Assembly (NCBI GenBank): GCA_965216875.1
Contig: OZ244207.1
Location: 2,944,001 to 3,008,000, forward strand
Direction of reading: 5' to 3'
From: Rubripirellula sp.
GTDB lineage: Bacteria > Planctomycetota > Planctomycetia > Pirellulales > Pirellulaceae
DNA: 64,000 bases
Shown here: in pieces, positions 40,453-50,605 of the stretch
Layout: every line of letters begins with the position of its first letter
Position numbering within the stretch: the stretch's first letter is position 1
The notes under the pieces: generated by a model
Databases searched by the model: none
What the model was told of the DNA's origin: nothing
The model's input: the letters and a program-made list of their open reading frames with translations, nothing else
Position numbers and translations under genes: made by a program

Positions 40453-41304
40453 GTGTCATTTCGCTCCCACGCCGCCCCACCTTCGCCTGTGTTTTCACGA
40501 ATCGCTCTCCTCGCCATCCTCGTTCTATGTACCTCGCATAGCGGGGCCAATGCCACAGACAAAACACACGCGACAGCAAAAGGAATCTCCTATCGCGAAT
40601 CGGATGATCCGTACACGAATCGGATGTGCAAGCTCGACCTGCACTACCCAGTCGACACCAAGAACTTTGCGACCATCGTTTGGTTTCACGGAGGTGGACT
40701 CGAAAAAGGAAAACGCGAGATCCCCAAATACCTCCGAAACAAGGACGTCGCCGTCGCTGGCATCGAATATCGGCTAAGCCCCAACGTCAAAGTGGTCGAC
40801 TGCATTGACGACGCAGCGGCGTCGGTCGCATGGTTGATGAAGAACATCGAGCGCTTCGGCGGGTCCAAAGACAAAATCTATGTCTCCGGTCATTCGGCCG
40901 GTGGCTACTTGACCAGCATGGTTGGTCTCGAAAAAGCGTGGCTCGCAAAATACGAAATCGACGCCGATGCGGTCGCTGGACTGATCCCATTGAGTGGGCA
41001 CACGATCACACACTTCACCGCCCGCAAAGAAATGGGTATCGATGGCAAGCAACCGATCATCGATGAATTGGCGCCCCTATTCCACGTGCGAAATGACTGC
41101 CCGCCATTGGTCTTGATCACCGGCGATCGTGAACTGGAAATGCTTGGCCGGTACGAAGAGAACGCGTACATGTGGCGGATGATGCAACAGGTTGGCCACA
41201 AGGACACCACGCTGCACGAACTGGACGGATTCAACCATGGCCAAATGGTCGAGCCAGCGTTACCGCTCCTCCTGCGTTTCGTCAAAGAACGATCAAAGGA
41301 CTAG
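40453..41304 (+). CDS. Secreted alpha/beta hydrolase (esterase)
   Basis: WFHGGGL oxyanion motif, YRLSP, GHSAG nucleophile elbow. Confidence 0.9.
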   Translation: MSFRSHAAPPSPVFSRIALLAILVLCTSHSGANATDKTHATAKGISYRESDDPYTNRMCKLDLHYPVDTKNFATIVWFHGGGLEKGKREIPKYLRNKDVAVAGIEYRLSPNVKVVDCIDDAAASVAWLMKNIERFGGSKDKIYVSGHSAGGYLTSMVGLEKAWLAKYEIDADAVAGLIPLSGHTITHFTARKEMGIDGKQPIIDELAPLFHVRNDCPPLVLITGDRELEMLGRYEENAYMWRMMQQVGHKDTTLHELDGFNHGQMVEPALPLLLRFVKERSKD

Positions 41305-41351
41305 GACAATCGCCAAACCTGAGCCGAACGCGTTAGTGCCGGGCCCCTCAA

Positions 41352-41384
41352 GAAGATTCCGGCTAAAGCTCGGTACTACAAACG
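41352..41384. repeat. REP-like unit, GTAGTACCGAGCTT family
   Basis: GAAGATTCCGGCTAAAGCTCGGTACTACAAACG; one-mismatch copy at 52373-52405. Confidence 0.85.
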
Positions 41385-41406
41385 CGTAACGGCAAAGCAT
41401 CACAGC

Positions 41407-42633
41407 CTATTCCTTGTCAGCGGCTGGTAACTCAACGCATACCAATTTCCCCCGCGCGCTGCGCGCATACACCCGGCCTCGCAACAAGACTGGCACGGTC
41501 CAACAACGGCCTTCCAGAATCTGCGCCTCACCGAGTGGCTCGAACCCCTCAGGGGTTGCTTCCGCGACCACCAGTCGACCGTCATCACTGAGTGCCACAA
41601 TTTTTCCATCAGCGATCATCAAGCTGCCGCAACCGAGTCCGCGGTGCGACCACACGACGTTGCCGCTGTCGACATCCATGCATTTCAGATGCACGACGCG
41701 TCCGAGATTGGAATTACCATCGAAGCCATAGAGATGCCCGTCAAAAAAGATGCTGTTATTGAAATGGTTGCGCATTTTTCGGTGGTCGTACAGCAACACC
41801 AGCTCTTCGTCTCGAAGTTGAAACAACCCACAACCGACTTGGTAGCCCGTCGAAATGAAGATCGTGTCGTCCATGATGATCGGCGTCGTTGAGTTGGTTT
41901 CAAAGGGCGACTGCCAAGGGTAGCTATCCACCTCTTCACCATTGGCCTCGCGCAGGACACGAACGCTGTCACAGTCGAGGACGACCAAATAGTTTTTGCC
42001 CTCGGCGACAAGCGACCGCACACAACCATACCCCGCCACGTGCTTTTCAGATTGCCAGCGTTTTTTGCCTGAAGCTTTGTCGTAGGAAACGACGCGTCCC
42101 GCCTCGACGATCACTGCCCCCGCATGAATCAGCGGCGAACTATTGAATCCCCATTCAGGCAACGGAACGCCGAGGTCTTCTTGCAGGTCTTTACGCCACA
42201 CAACTTCACCGTCATCCAGTTCCAAACAACACAACTGGCCCTCTTTGCCGAGCGTGTAGACCTTGTCACCATCGATGGTTGGTGTTGCCCCTGGGCCACC
42301 TTCGTAGAGGTTGTCGATCAGTTCGCACGGGTACTCATGAGTCCACAAAACTTCTCCGCTATCGCAGTCGAGGCAGTAAACGATCTCATCACCATCAACG
42401 TGCCCCATCGTCAAGAGCCGCTTCCCTGCGATCGCTACGCTGCTGAAACCGATTCCAATTTCTCGTGACCAGCGTTCGACCAACCCCTCTTCGGGCCACT
42501 GAGCCGACCAGCCTGATTCGGTCGAGACACCGTCAAGTTTTTTGCCCATCCAGCAAGGCCAATCGCGTTGCGTTTGCGCCGTCCCAAGCGACGCAACGAG
42601 AAAGATGCATAACAACGGCGAAGCGAATCGCAT
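41407..42633 (-). CDS. PQQ-binding-like beta-propeller protein
   Basis: Signal peptide, DWPCWMG, ATPTIDGDKVY, WGFNSSPL; start chosen at ATG 42633. Confidence 0.85.
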   Translation of the reverse strand: MRFASPLLCIFLVASLGTAQTQRDWPCWMGKKLDGVSTESGWSAQWPEEGLVERWSREIGIGFSSVAIAGKRLLTMGHVDGDEIVYCLDCDSGEVLWTHEYPCELIDNLYEGGPGATPTIDGDKVYTLGKEGQLCCLELDDGEVVWRKDLQEDLGVPLPEWGFNSSPLIHAGAVIVEAGRVVSYDKASGKKRWQSEKHVAGYGCVRSLVAEGKNYLVVLDCDSVRVLREANGEEVDSYPWQSPFETNSTTPIIMDDTIFISTGYQVGCGLFQLRDEELVLLYDHRKMRNHFNNSIFFDGHLYGFDGNSNLGRVVHLKCMDVDSGNVVWSHRGLGCGSLMIADGKIVALSDDGRLVVAEATPEGFEPLGEAQILEGRCWTVPVLLRGRVYARSARGKLVCVELPAADKE

Positions 42634-42720
42634 AAGATGGTGCCACTTTGATGAAAATGAACAATCGATTTTCACGCTCAACTTTTTCATGATTCTCTTT
42701 CGTCTCTCAGGCGTGCAAGC

Positions 42721-43908
42721 ATGAACCGATATCGTATGCGATTCGCTCCGCAGGTTTGGACGCCAAAGCTGAACCCGCAAATCGTGCGGTTTTTGCGTCC
42801 GATGCGCCGGCGCAGCCAGATCCGCGATGTTCGCATTGCCGATGTTACCGTGCGAGGCGACTCCTTTGTCCGCGATCAACTTGACGAGGGCAATGGCGTG
42901 TTGATCATGCCCAATCACTCCAGTCACGCTGATCCCTACGTGATCTACTCAGCCGCTGATGTGATTGGAACCCCACTGCACATCATGGCGACCTGGCACG
43001 TTTTCTATGACAAGCCATGGCTGATCCGCCACGCGCTGCGATGGCACGGTTGCTTCAGTGTCGACCGCGAGGCGAACGACATTGGCGCGTTTCGGCTTGC
43101 CACGGGGCTCGTCAAGGAAAAGAAAGAGCCACTTGTGATCTTTCCCGAAGGTGAGATTTACCACTGCAACGACCGCGTCACCCCCTTCCGTGATGGTGCA
43201 GCCGCAATCGCTGTCGCGGCCGCACGCAAAGCGGACCGCAAGATCGTCTGCATCCCCTGCGCAATGAAGTACCACTACGAGGAGGATCCGACACCCGCGT
43301 TGATCGAAACGATGGGACGCCTTGAAGAGGCGATCTTCTGGCGGCGCAAGGTCGACCAACCCCTTGAAGAACGCATCTACCACTTTGCCGAGGCATTGTT
43401 GGCAGTCAAAGAGATCGAGTATTTCCAGGAGACGCGCACGGGTCGACTTCCCGATCGCATCCGAGCCTTCGGCACGGATGTCCTGGCTCGCGTCGAGTCA
43501 AAACACGAGCTCGATAACGCCTCACAATCCACACCCGAACGGGTCAAAGCGGCCCGGCGCACGATCATTGAAAAACGCGGCATCGAAGGCATCGAAGCGG
43601 AAACCAAAAAAGAACTCGACCACGACCTGGAAGACCTTTTCTTGGTCGTGCAATCGTTCAGCTATCCCGGCGACTACGTCGTTGGCAAACCGAGCGTCGA
43701 ACGGATGGCCGAAACAATCGACAAGTTTGAAGAGGACGTGTTGCAGCATCCCACCGCAAGCATCCGTGCCAAACGAAGTGCGATTGTCGAATTTGGAGCT
43801 CCCATCGAAGTCAGTAGTGACCGCAAGGCAAGAGGGCAAACAGCCAAACTGACACAAGCCATCGAAGAAAGCGTCCAATCGATGCTCGACCAGCATTCGG
43901 GTCACTAA
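42721..43908 (+). CDS. Lysophospholipid/glycerol acyltransferase (PlsC-like)
   Basis: NHSSHAD (HX4D), FSVDR, IFPEG. Confidence 0.88.
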   Translation: MNRYRMRFAPQVWTPKLNPQIVRFLRPMRRRSQIRDVRIADVTVRGDSFVRDQLDEGNGVLIMPNHSSHADPYVIYSAADVIGTPLHIMATWHVFYDKPWLIRHALRWHGCFSVDREANDIGAFRLATGLVKEKKEPLVIFPEGEIYHCNDRVTPFRDGAAAIAVAAARKADRKIVCIPCAMKYHYEEDPTPALIETMGRLEEAIFWRRKVDQPLEERIYHFAEALLAVKEIEYFQETRTGRLPDRIRAFGTDVLARVESKHELDNASQSTPERVKAARRTIIEKRGIEGIEAETKKELDHDLEDLFLVVQSFSYPGDYVVGKPSVERMAETIDKFEEDVLQHPTASIRAKRSAIVEFGAPIEVSSDRKARGQTAKLTQAIEESVQSMLDQHSGH

Positions 43909-44055
43909 AAAGATCCCGCTCACCAAGAATTGCCAGTACGAGACGTGGCACTCCGATCGCAACGTGGTCCTCCTTGTGCCGAATTCCCCAATGGCGGCTC
44001 GGCTGGTGTAGAATCGATTCCCCCGCCACCTATCCCACCTTCAAAGGATCTAGCC

Positions 44056-45519
44056 ATGCCGCGACCAAATCGCCGTTCGTTTCTCAAGACCACGTCCCTG
44101 ACCGGTGGATCGCTCATTTTGATGGGGACGCGTACGACGAGCGGAATCCAAGGCGCAAACGACCGCGTACGAATTGGCGTCGCGGGGCTCAACGGACGCG
44201 GCCAAAGTCACCTCGAAGGTTGGCGCAAACAGAGCAACGTCGAAATCGCGTACGCGATTGACCCCGACGAAAAGGTGCGTGCGAGGACAATGAACACGCT
44301 CGCAAAACGCGTCGATGGTGCCTTTGCAACTAAAGGGATTCGTGACGTTCGCGAAGCACTTGACGATCAATCACTCGACGCGATTTCGATTGCGACTCCG
44401 AACCATTGGCATTCGCTGATGACGATCTGGGCCGCTCAAGCAGGCAAGCATGTCTATGTCGAAAAGCCAATGAGCCACGATGTGCGCGAAGGCCGCATCT
44501 GTGTCGAAGCACAAAAGAAGTATGGCGTCGTGATTCAACACGGCACCCAACGACGCAGCAACGCTGGCATCGCAGGTCTTCACGAGGCATTGCAGGACGG
44601 GCGGCTACCCCGATTGAAAATCGCCTACGGCTATTGCTGCAAGCCCCGCAACGGAATTGGAATCAAACCAGCAGGTCCGCCACCAGAGAATCTCGATTGG
44701 GAACTGTGGAAAGGCCCAGCCGTGATCGACCAATTCCACGGAAACTACCATCCCTACAATTGGCATTGGTTCTGGAAAACGGGTAACGGCGACCTGAATA
44801 ACCAAGGCACTCACCAGCTCGATGTCGCTCGCTGGGCACTCGACACCGACCAAACACACCCTGTTCGCGTGATGGCCATCGGCGGACGCTTCAAGTACAA
44901 CGATCAAGGAGAGACCCCGAACACGATGTTTGGCTTGGCCGAATACCCTAACGGCCAACAAGTGATGTTCAACGTCCGCAACGTCAATTACAAAGGCTAC
45001 GAGCGGCAAGTCTTCAACGAGTACTACCTCGAGGATGGCTCGAAGATCACCGGCGAAGGCAATTACAAAATCACGCCCAAGGGAAGTGACAAAGCGGAAC
45101 CGCTTCCGCTCCCTGATGGCAACGTCACGCCAGGCGGTAATTGGGCAGCCTTCATTTCGGCGATTCGTGCTAACGACCCAAGCATGGCCAACGGTAACGT
45201 CGAAGACGCTCACTATGGCTGCGTCATGGGACATCTCATGAACAATTCGTATCGCCTCGGTAAGAAAGTGCCGTTCAATGCCAAGGCAGCTAAGTTTGGC
45301 GATAACGAAGACGCGGCAACGCATTTCTTGAAGCTGCATGAGATCATGCGTGACGGTGTCGGCATTCCGGAAGACGGTGCCGAATACACTGTCGGCCCCT
45401 GGTTATCGTTTGACCTCAAGACCGAACAACACGTTGGTGATCACGCCGAGGAAGCCAACGCGCTTTTGAAGGATCCCAACAACCCCGGCTACGAGATCCC
45501 AACGATCGACAAGGTCTAG
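44056..45519 (+). CDS. Tat-exported Gfo/Idh/MocA oxidoreductase
   Basis: NRRSFLK, GLNGRG, IATPNHWH, HVYVEKP, HQLDVARW. Confidence 0.92.
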   Translation: MPRPNRRSFLKTTSLTGGSLILMGTRTTSGIQGANDRVRIGVAGLNGRGQSHLEGWRKQSNVEIAYAIDPDEKVRARTMNTLAKRVDGAFATKGIRDVREALDDQSLDAISIATPNHWHSLMTIWAAQAGKHVYVEKPMSHDVREGRICVEAQKKYGVVIQHGTQRRSNAGIAGLHEALQDGRLPRLKIAYGYCCKPRNGIGIKPAGPPPENLDWELWKGPAVIDQFHGNYHPYNWHWFWKTGNGDLNNQGTHQLDVARWALDTDQTHPVRVMAIGGRFKYNDQGETPNTMFGLAEYPNGQQVMFNVRNVNYKGYERQVFNEYYLEDGSKITGEGNYKITPKGSDKAEPLPLPDGNVTPGGNWAAFISAIRANDPSMANGNVEDAHYGCVMGHLMNNSYRLGKKVPFNAKAAKFGDNEDAATHFLKLHEIMRDGVGIPEDGAEYTVGPWLSFDLKTEQHVGDHAEEANALLKDPNNPGYEIPTIDKV

Positions 45520-45529
45520 GGCCTCATTC

Positions 45530-45770
45530 CTCGTTACCGTCCTCGCTACCACGCTCTGCGTGGTAACGCACTCACGGACGCTCCGCGTCCCCAAGAGAAA
45601 CAGGGCCTTTGCAACGTACGTGAATGGGCGAAGGACCCGACGCTAGCGAGTTTGGCTCACAAGCACACAACAGGCCGCAGAGCGACAATGATTGTGTTCC
45701 CACGGGGACCGTGGGAACAAGGAAGTCGCCCGCTCACCACTGCACCACGCTCTGGCGAGCGTAGCTACGA
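45530..45770. repeat. Mosaic of four REP-like elements between convergent genes
   Basis: 45541-45589, 45633-45660, TGTTCCCACGG-gga-CCGTGGGAACA near 45695-45719, 45745-45768. Confidence 0.8.
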
Positions 45771-45792
45771 AAAGGTCCAGCCGCTTTCGCGA

Positions 45793-47298
45793 TCAGGCCA
45801 CGATGTCGTGAATCACGTGGCCGTGGACATCGGTCAGCCGGAAATCGCGACCTTGGTAGCGATAGGTCAACTTGGTGTGATCGATGCCGAGCAGGTGCAA
45901 GATCGTCGCATTCAAATCGTGAATGTGCATCGTGCCTGGCGTCCAGGTCGCCTTGTCCGGTTGCGGCTTGAGCGGGTTGCCGTCCGCATCGGCGATGTTG
46001 TATCCAAAATCGTCCGTGTGTCCGTAGGTGATGCCCGCCTTGATCCCACCGCCAGCCATCCATGTGGTGAAACAACGCGGGTGATGATCGCGACCGTAGT
46101 CTTCCTTGGTCAGCTTACCTTGGCAATAAGCAGTTCGACCAAACTCGCCTCCCCAAATCACCAGCGTCTCATCAAGCATTCCGCGTCGTTTCAGATCTTT
46201 GATCAGTGCCGCGCAAGCTTGATCGATGTCCTTGCACTGTGACTCGTGCTCTTTGGGAAGTCGCCCATGAGCGTCCCAACCACGATGAAAGATTTGGATA
46301 TTTCGCACACCACGTTCAGCAAGCCGTCGCGCGTTGAGACAGCATGCGGCAAACGTTCCCGGAGTCTTCACGTCGTCGCCATAGAGTTCGAGCGTCTCTT
46401 TCGACTCGTCCGACAGATCCATGAGCTCGGGGACGGACGCTTGCATCCGGTATGCCATCTCGTGCTGTTTGATGCGCGACAGGATCTCGGGATCTCCGAA
46501 CCGATCGTATTGATCTTGGTTGAGTGCCGCGAGCGCATCGAGTTGTGCGCGACGATCCCCTCGCTCAACTCCTGGCGGGTTACTCAAGTACAGGACGGGG
46601 TCGCCTTGGCTGCGCAGCAAGATCCCTTGATGATCAGATGACAGAAAGCCGGGGCCCCAAAGTCGATTGAACAAACTTTGCTCAGCAAAACTTGTCTTCG
46701 CGTGCATCACGACGTAATGCGGCAAGCTTTCGTTCATCGTCCCAAGCCCGTAACTCAGCCATGCTCCCAAGCTCGGGCGTCCAGGAATCTGACTGCCGGT
46801 TTGGATGTAGGTGATTGCGGGGTCGTGATTGATCGCTTCCGTAAACGTACTGCGAACGACGCAGAGCTCTTTGACAACCGATGAGGTGTGAGGCAGCAAC
46901 TCGCTCACCCATACACCATCCTGGTTGTTTTCATGTTTGGTGAACTTGTATTTGCTGGGACAGACGGGCAATCCGTTCGCTTGGTTGGACGTCATCCCCG
47001 TCACGCGTTGTCCGTCGCGCACGTAGTCGGGCAATTGCTCATTGAACATCTCCATCATCTTGGGTTTGTAGTCCCAAAGATCGAGATGACTGGGGCCACC
47101 GCTCATGAACAAGTAGATCACGCGTTTTGCGGTCGCGGGGTGATGCAAACCACCGTCGAGATCGCCCGAGGCACCAATCGCCTGGTCGCTCATCAATCCA
47201 GCGAGCGCTGCCGTACCGACGCCCAACGACGCTCGTCCGAAGAGATGACGGCGCGTCATCATGAGTTCGCGTTCGATCAGCGGATCCGGATTTCGCAT
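45793..47298 (-). CDS. DUF1501 domain protein
   Basis: TRRHLF, AKRVIYLFMSGGPSHLDLWDYKP, WGGEFGRT, GRDFRLTDVHG. Confidence 0.92.
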   Translation of the reverse strand: MRNPDPLIERELMMTRRHLFGRASLGVGTAALAGLMSDQAIGASGDLDGGLHHPATAKRVIYLFMSGGPSHLDLWDYKPKMMEMFNEQLPDYVRDGQRVTGMTSNQANGLPVCPSKYKFTKHENNQDGVWVSELLPHTSSVVKELCVVRSTFTEAINHDPAITYIQTGSQIPGRPSLGAWLSYGLGTMNESLPHYVVMHAKTSFAEQSLFNRLWGPGFLSSDHQGILLRSQGDPVLYLSNPPGVERGDRRAQLDALAALNQDQYDRFGDPEILSRIKQHEMAYRMQASVPELMDLSDESKETLELYGDDVKTPGTFAACCLNARRLAERGVRNIQIFHRGWDAHGRLPKEHESQCKDIDQACAALIKDLKRRGMLDETLVIWGGEFGRTAYCQGKLTKEDYGRDHHPRCFTTWMAGGGIKAGITYGHTDDFGYNIADADGNPLKPQPDKATWTPGTMHIHDLNATILHLLGIDHTKLTYRYQGRDFRLTDVHGHVIHDIVA

Positions 47299-47328
47299 GG
47301 TCCGTCCTACTTTGTTGTCAGGCGTCGC

Positions 47329-47706
47329 TTAGCCAACCGCAATGCCGATGATGATCAACAGGATACAACCACCCCAAAGCAACGTGCAAAGGCCGCCCAT
47401 CACGATGCCAATCCAAGCGTGGACGCTCCCTTTGATGACCGGATTCTTATTGCGTGCCTTCAATCCCAGGATACCAAGCACAAAGGCGGGCACTGCAAGA
47501 AAGAGCCCGAAGATTGGAAACAGCGAAAAGAGCCCCAAGTAGTACGCGATAAGAGCTTGCGGGTTCTTGTAGGGAATCACGCCGCCAGTTTCGTCGCCCG
47601 TTACACCGCCTGGTCCAACCGGAGCGTTGCTGGCTGTCTGACTCGGAGTCGCAAAAGGATTGGGCTCGCCGCCGCCGGGCGCGTTGCCTGATAAATCGTG
47701 GGACAT
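47329..47706 (-). CDS. DUF4190-type membrane protein
   Basis: NPF motif, IPYKNPQALIAYYLG, GSVHAWIGIVMG. Confidence 0.75.
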   Translation of the reverse strand: MSHDLSGNAPGGGEPNPFATPSQTASNAPVGPGGVTGDETGGVIPYKNPQALIAYYLGLFSLFPIFGLFLAVPAFVLGILGLKARNKNPVIKGSVHAWIGIVMGGLCTLLWGGCILLIIIGIAVG

Positions 47707-47837
47707 CAGAAAAGTCACGTTCTAGACAATGAAAGAAAAAGGGAAGGCATCAATATAGATGATTCGTCTGCACGTTGGGGGACAAACGCTTGCGACGATT
47801 CCCATGACACGACGGACGCGGACTACGCCAACGACTG

Positions 47838-49193
47838 CTAAGGCGAAACGGCACGCATCATCAATGCACAGATGTACGCTCCATAAGTTCCAAGAGCGTA
47901 TCCAACAACCGCCAACAGGACGCCCACGGGGGCGAGCGAAGGATGAAAAGCACCAGCAACCACTGGCGCACTCGCGGCGCCACCAATATTCGCTTTGCTT
48001 CCGACAGCCAAGAAAAAGTAGGGGGCCCGAATCAACTTGCCCACAACGAGCATCAGACCAACATGAAACAGCATCCAAACGCCGCCGACGAGAAACAGAC
48101 CTGGATGATCCGCGAGCGCGCGTACGTCCATCTGCAAACCAATCGTCGCCACAAGGAAAAAGATACAGACCGTTCCCAACTTTGATGCGCCAACGCCTTC
48201 GAGCCGGCGAGCCTTGGTAAACGAAAGCACGATGCCGCCGGTGGTTGCCAACACAACCAACCAGAAAAACTCCTTATGCAAACTGAATTGACGCAGATAC
48301 GGATAATGCTCGTCGATCCAAGGCGCAAGGAAATTGGCAGCCGCGTGACTGAGTCCGGTTACTCCGAAACCGACAGCAAGGAGGACGAACAAATCGGCCG
48401 GCGAAGGAATCCGTGCCAAGCTCGCGGAATAGCTTTCCATCTTTTCCTTCAGCGCTGTAACGGCCGAAGCATCCGCTTTGAATAAGCGGTCGATCGCATC
48501 GGCTTTGCCGACACCGAGCAACAAGAAGACCATCCAAACTTCGGCAACAATCACGTCCACTGCGACCATCACGCTGTAAAGATCGTCGCTTGGTTCCCAC
48601 AGTTCCTTCATCGCGACTTGGTTAGCTCCACCGCCGATCCAGCTGCCGGCAACGGTCGACAGGCCACGCCAAACTTCCTCGGCCCCTTCACCTCCGACCA
48701 GCTCAGGCTTGATCGTTCCGACCAACAAGACGGCAATCGGGCCGCCGATGATCACGCCCACCGTTCCGGTCAGGAACATGACGACCGCTTTCGGACCAAG
48801 CTTGAGCACCTCTCGAAGGTCAATGCTCAACGTCAAGAAAACCAAACTCGCAGGCAACATGTACTTCGTTGCCACGCCGCCCAAACTCGACTGCTTGGGG
48901 TCCACAACGTTGAACAACGTCAGAAGTGATGGCAGGAAGTAACACAGCAGCAACATTGGAACGAACGTATAGAACTTCTTCCAAAACGGACTCTCGAGGC
49001 TGTTGGTCCAAAAAACAAATCCCAATATCGCCAGCAACATGCCCAACAGAACGGCGTCGCTGGTGACCAACGGCTCAACCGCTGGCGTCCCAGCGTCGGA
49101 AGTTGACGGGCCAGCCCCCAACACAATGGAGGGGAAAGCACAAAAGAGCAGGGCAGTCGCGATGGCCGCAATTCGGCGGAGGGATGGGATCAT
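47838..49193 (-). CDS. DUF819 family membrane protein
   Basis: GSWIGGGANQVAMK and GSKANIGGAASAPVVA; many TM segments. Confidence 0.88.
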   Translation of the reverse strand: MIPSLRRIAAIATALLFCAFPSIVLGAGPSTSDAGTPAVEPLVTSDAVLLGMLLAILGFVFWTNSLESPFWKKFYTFVPMLLLCYFLPSLLTLFNVVDPKQSSLGGVATKYMLPASLVFLTLSIDLREVLKLGPKAVVMFLTGTVGVIIGGPIAVLLVGTIKPELVGGEGAEEVWRGLSTVAGSWIGGGANQVAMKELWEPSDDLYSVMVAVDVIVAEVWMVFLLLGVGKADAIDRLFKADASAVTALKEKMESYSASLARIPSPADLFVLLAVGFGVTGLSHAAANFLAPWIDEHYPYLRQFSLHKEFFWLVVLATTGGIVLSFTKARRLEGVGASKLGTVCIFFLVATIGLQMDVRALADHPGLFLVGGVWMLFHVGLMLVVGKLIRAPYFFLAVGSKANIGGAASAPVVAGAFHPSLAPVGVLLAVVGYALGTYGAYICALMMRAVSP

Positions 49194-49325
49194 GATTGCA
49201 TCGTCGCGGGGGAAGGAAACGACGCAACTCTAACGGATTGGCCAGCCCAGGTCATGCTCAGCTGAGTGCGATGACGACAGCGCCGCTGCCGGGCAATCGA
49301 CATCGCCGCCGCCGGAAAAGCGCGC

Positions 49326-49366
49326 AAAAAAACACCCTCGCCAGCATAATCTGACGAGGGTGTTTT
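49326..49366 (-). terminator. Terminator after tRNA-Ser
   Basis: AAAACACCCTCG...CGAGGGTGTTTT stem with A/T runs on both sides. Confidence 0.85.
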
Positions 49367-49374
49367 CAGTGGAG

Positions 49375-49457
49375 CGGAGGACACGGGACTCGAACCCGCA
49401 ACCGGTTGCCCGGCAATTGATTTCGAATCAACCTGCTCACCAATTCGCATATCCTCC
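49375..49457 (-). tRNA. tRNA-Ser (anticodon CGA), long variable arm, non-canonical (8/4-compatible)
   Basis: GTTGA-TTCGAAA-TCAAT anticodon arm; GCCGG-GCAA-CCGGT variable arm; TTCGAGT T loop; G discriminator. Confidence 0.9.
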
Positions 49458-49925
49458 GGAGGTGCCTGATATCGTCTCTATCGATGGCGAGTTCGTCAAG
49501 TGTTGGTCTTTGGATCCGACGACAAGCTTCAATGGTTGGCCATGAGGGTGCCCGCTGGCCCCGTAAAACTGGCTCAACAGTTGCCTTAGCTCGCCATCGC
49601 CCGCCAGCGCCGCTTCAATCGCGGCCGCCTGATCATGTGGCTCGGATACTTGAGCCTTGCCACCAGGAAGGACATCGATCGCCAGTGGCGGGTTCGCTGA
49701 GATCCCGAATCCAGCGAGCCGGTCCTGAATCGCCTTCACGGCACGCTCGGCCAACTCGGTGACCGAAATCGATTCGCCTTTTTCGGCTGCAGACTCGGTC
49801 TCACCGCCACCCAATAGCGTGTCAAAGCCGGCGGGCGTGATTTGGTCAATCACTTTGCCTGCGACCTTGCCAGCCACCTTGGCGGCGCCAAAAAGCGTTG
49901 CAGCGTGCGAAATCGGGTTGGTCAA
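49437..49925 (-). CDS. Hypothetical protein overlapping the tRNA-Ser 5' end
   Basis: 162-aa protein-like ORF with TTG start and GAGGG upstream. Confidence 0.55.
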   Translation of the reverse strand: MTNPISHAATLFGAAKVAGKVAGKVIDQITPAGFDTLLGGGETESAAEKGESISVTELAERAVKAIQDRLAGFGISANPPLAIDVLPGGKAQVSEPHDQAAAIEAALAGDGELRQLLSQFYGASGHPHGQPLKLVVGSKDQHLTNSPSIETISGTSGGYANW

Positions 49926-50034
49926 AACGGCTAGCCCTCGTTCCGGGCGACGTGAGTGCGTGGAATGCCTCGTTCGAGTCGAGGCTGTCTCTTTCGGCCA
50001 ATCGTCGGCACGAATGACTGGCGGGCGCAGAACT

Positions 50035-50346
50035 TCAGTGTTTGTGTTGGGTCTTGAAGTTGTACTCTTTCAGCCAAGCTTCCCACTTATGGGCTTCGTC
50101 GTGGGAGTTGAGTTTCAGCTCGTGCCATTTTGGACAACGGTATTTGACGTCGATGTGCCCGTTGTGCTGCTCTTTTTTCAGTTCACAACCGAGTTTCTTT
50201 AGCGTTTTCGCGATCGTGTCTGCTTTTTTGGTGTCGTGAATATGCTTGGCTTTCCAATCGGTCAGCTGGTAGCGGACGATTTCGTCACTGGCGGCGATCG
50301 AAGGAACGGCGGCCAGGGCGACCGCCAAAACGAGCATTCGAATCAT
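50035..50346 (-). CDS. Small secreted His/Lys-rich protein
   Basis: Signal peptide MIRMLVLAVALAAVPSIAA; two similar ~36-aa halves. Confidence 0.75.
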   Translation of the reverse strand: MIRMLVLAVALAAVPSIAASDEIVRYQLTDWKAKHIHDTKKADTIAKTLKKLGCELKKEQHNGHIDVKYRCPKWHELKLNSHDEAHKWEAWLKEYNFKTQHKH

Positions 50347-50605
50347 CGAAGAGGCCTTTTGGGGAGGGACGTTTCTTTCAGAAGTCAAGTAACGGCAATC
50401 ACTACGGTATCGACGGGCCACCGGTCAAGAGAAGCCGCCATCACACCACCCAAACCTGACCAATACGGTGGTCCTTGCCAATTTCGAGTATCAAAACGAC
50501 AATCCCCCCAAAATTGCACTGACTCCTGGCGGCTCAACCTTCAGCCGCCCCTCCCCAGAACTTCCCCCCGACCGTGTGGGAAGAGCAGAAAAGGCTTGCA
50601 ACGTC

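Noticed and set aside
45793..47298. DUF1501 gene lacking an adjacent DUF1553 partner
   Set aside because: Planctomycetes carry many DUF1501 paralogs, including solitary ones, so this is not informative alone.
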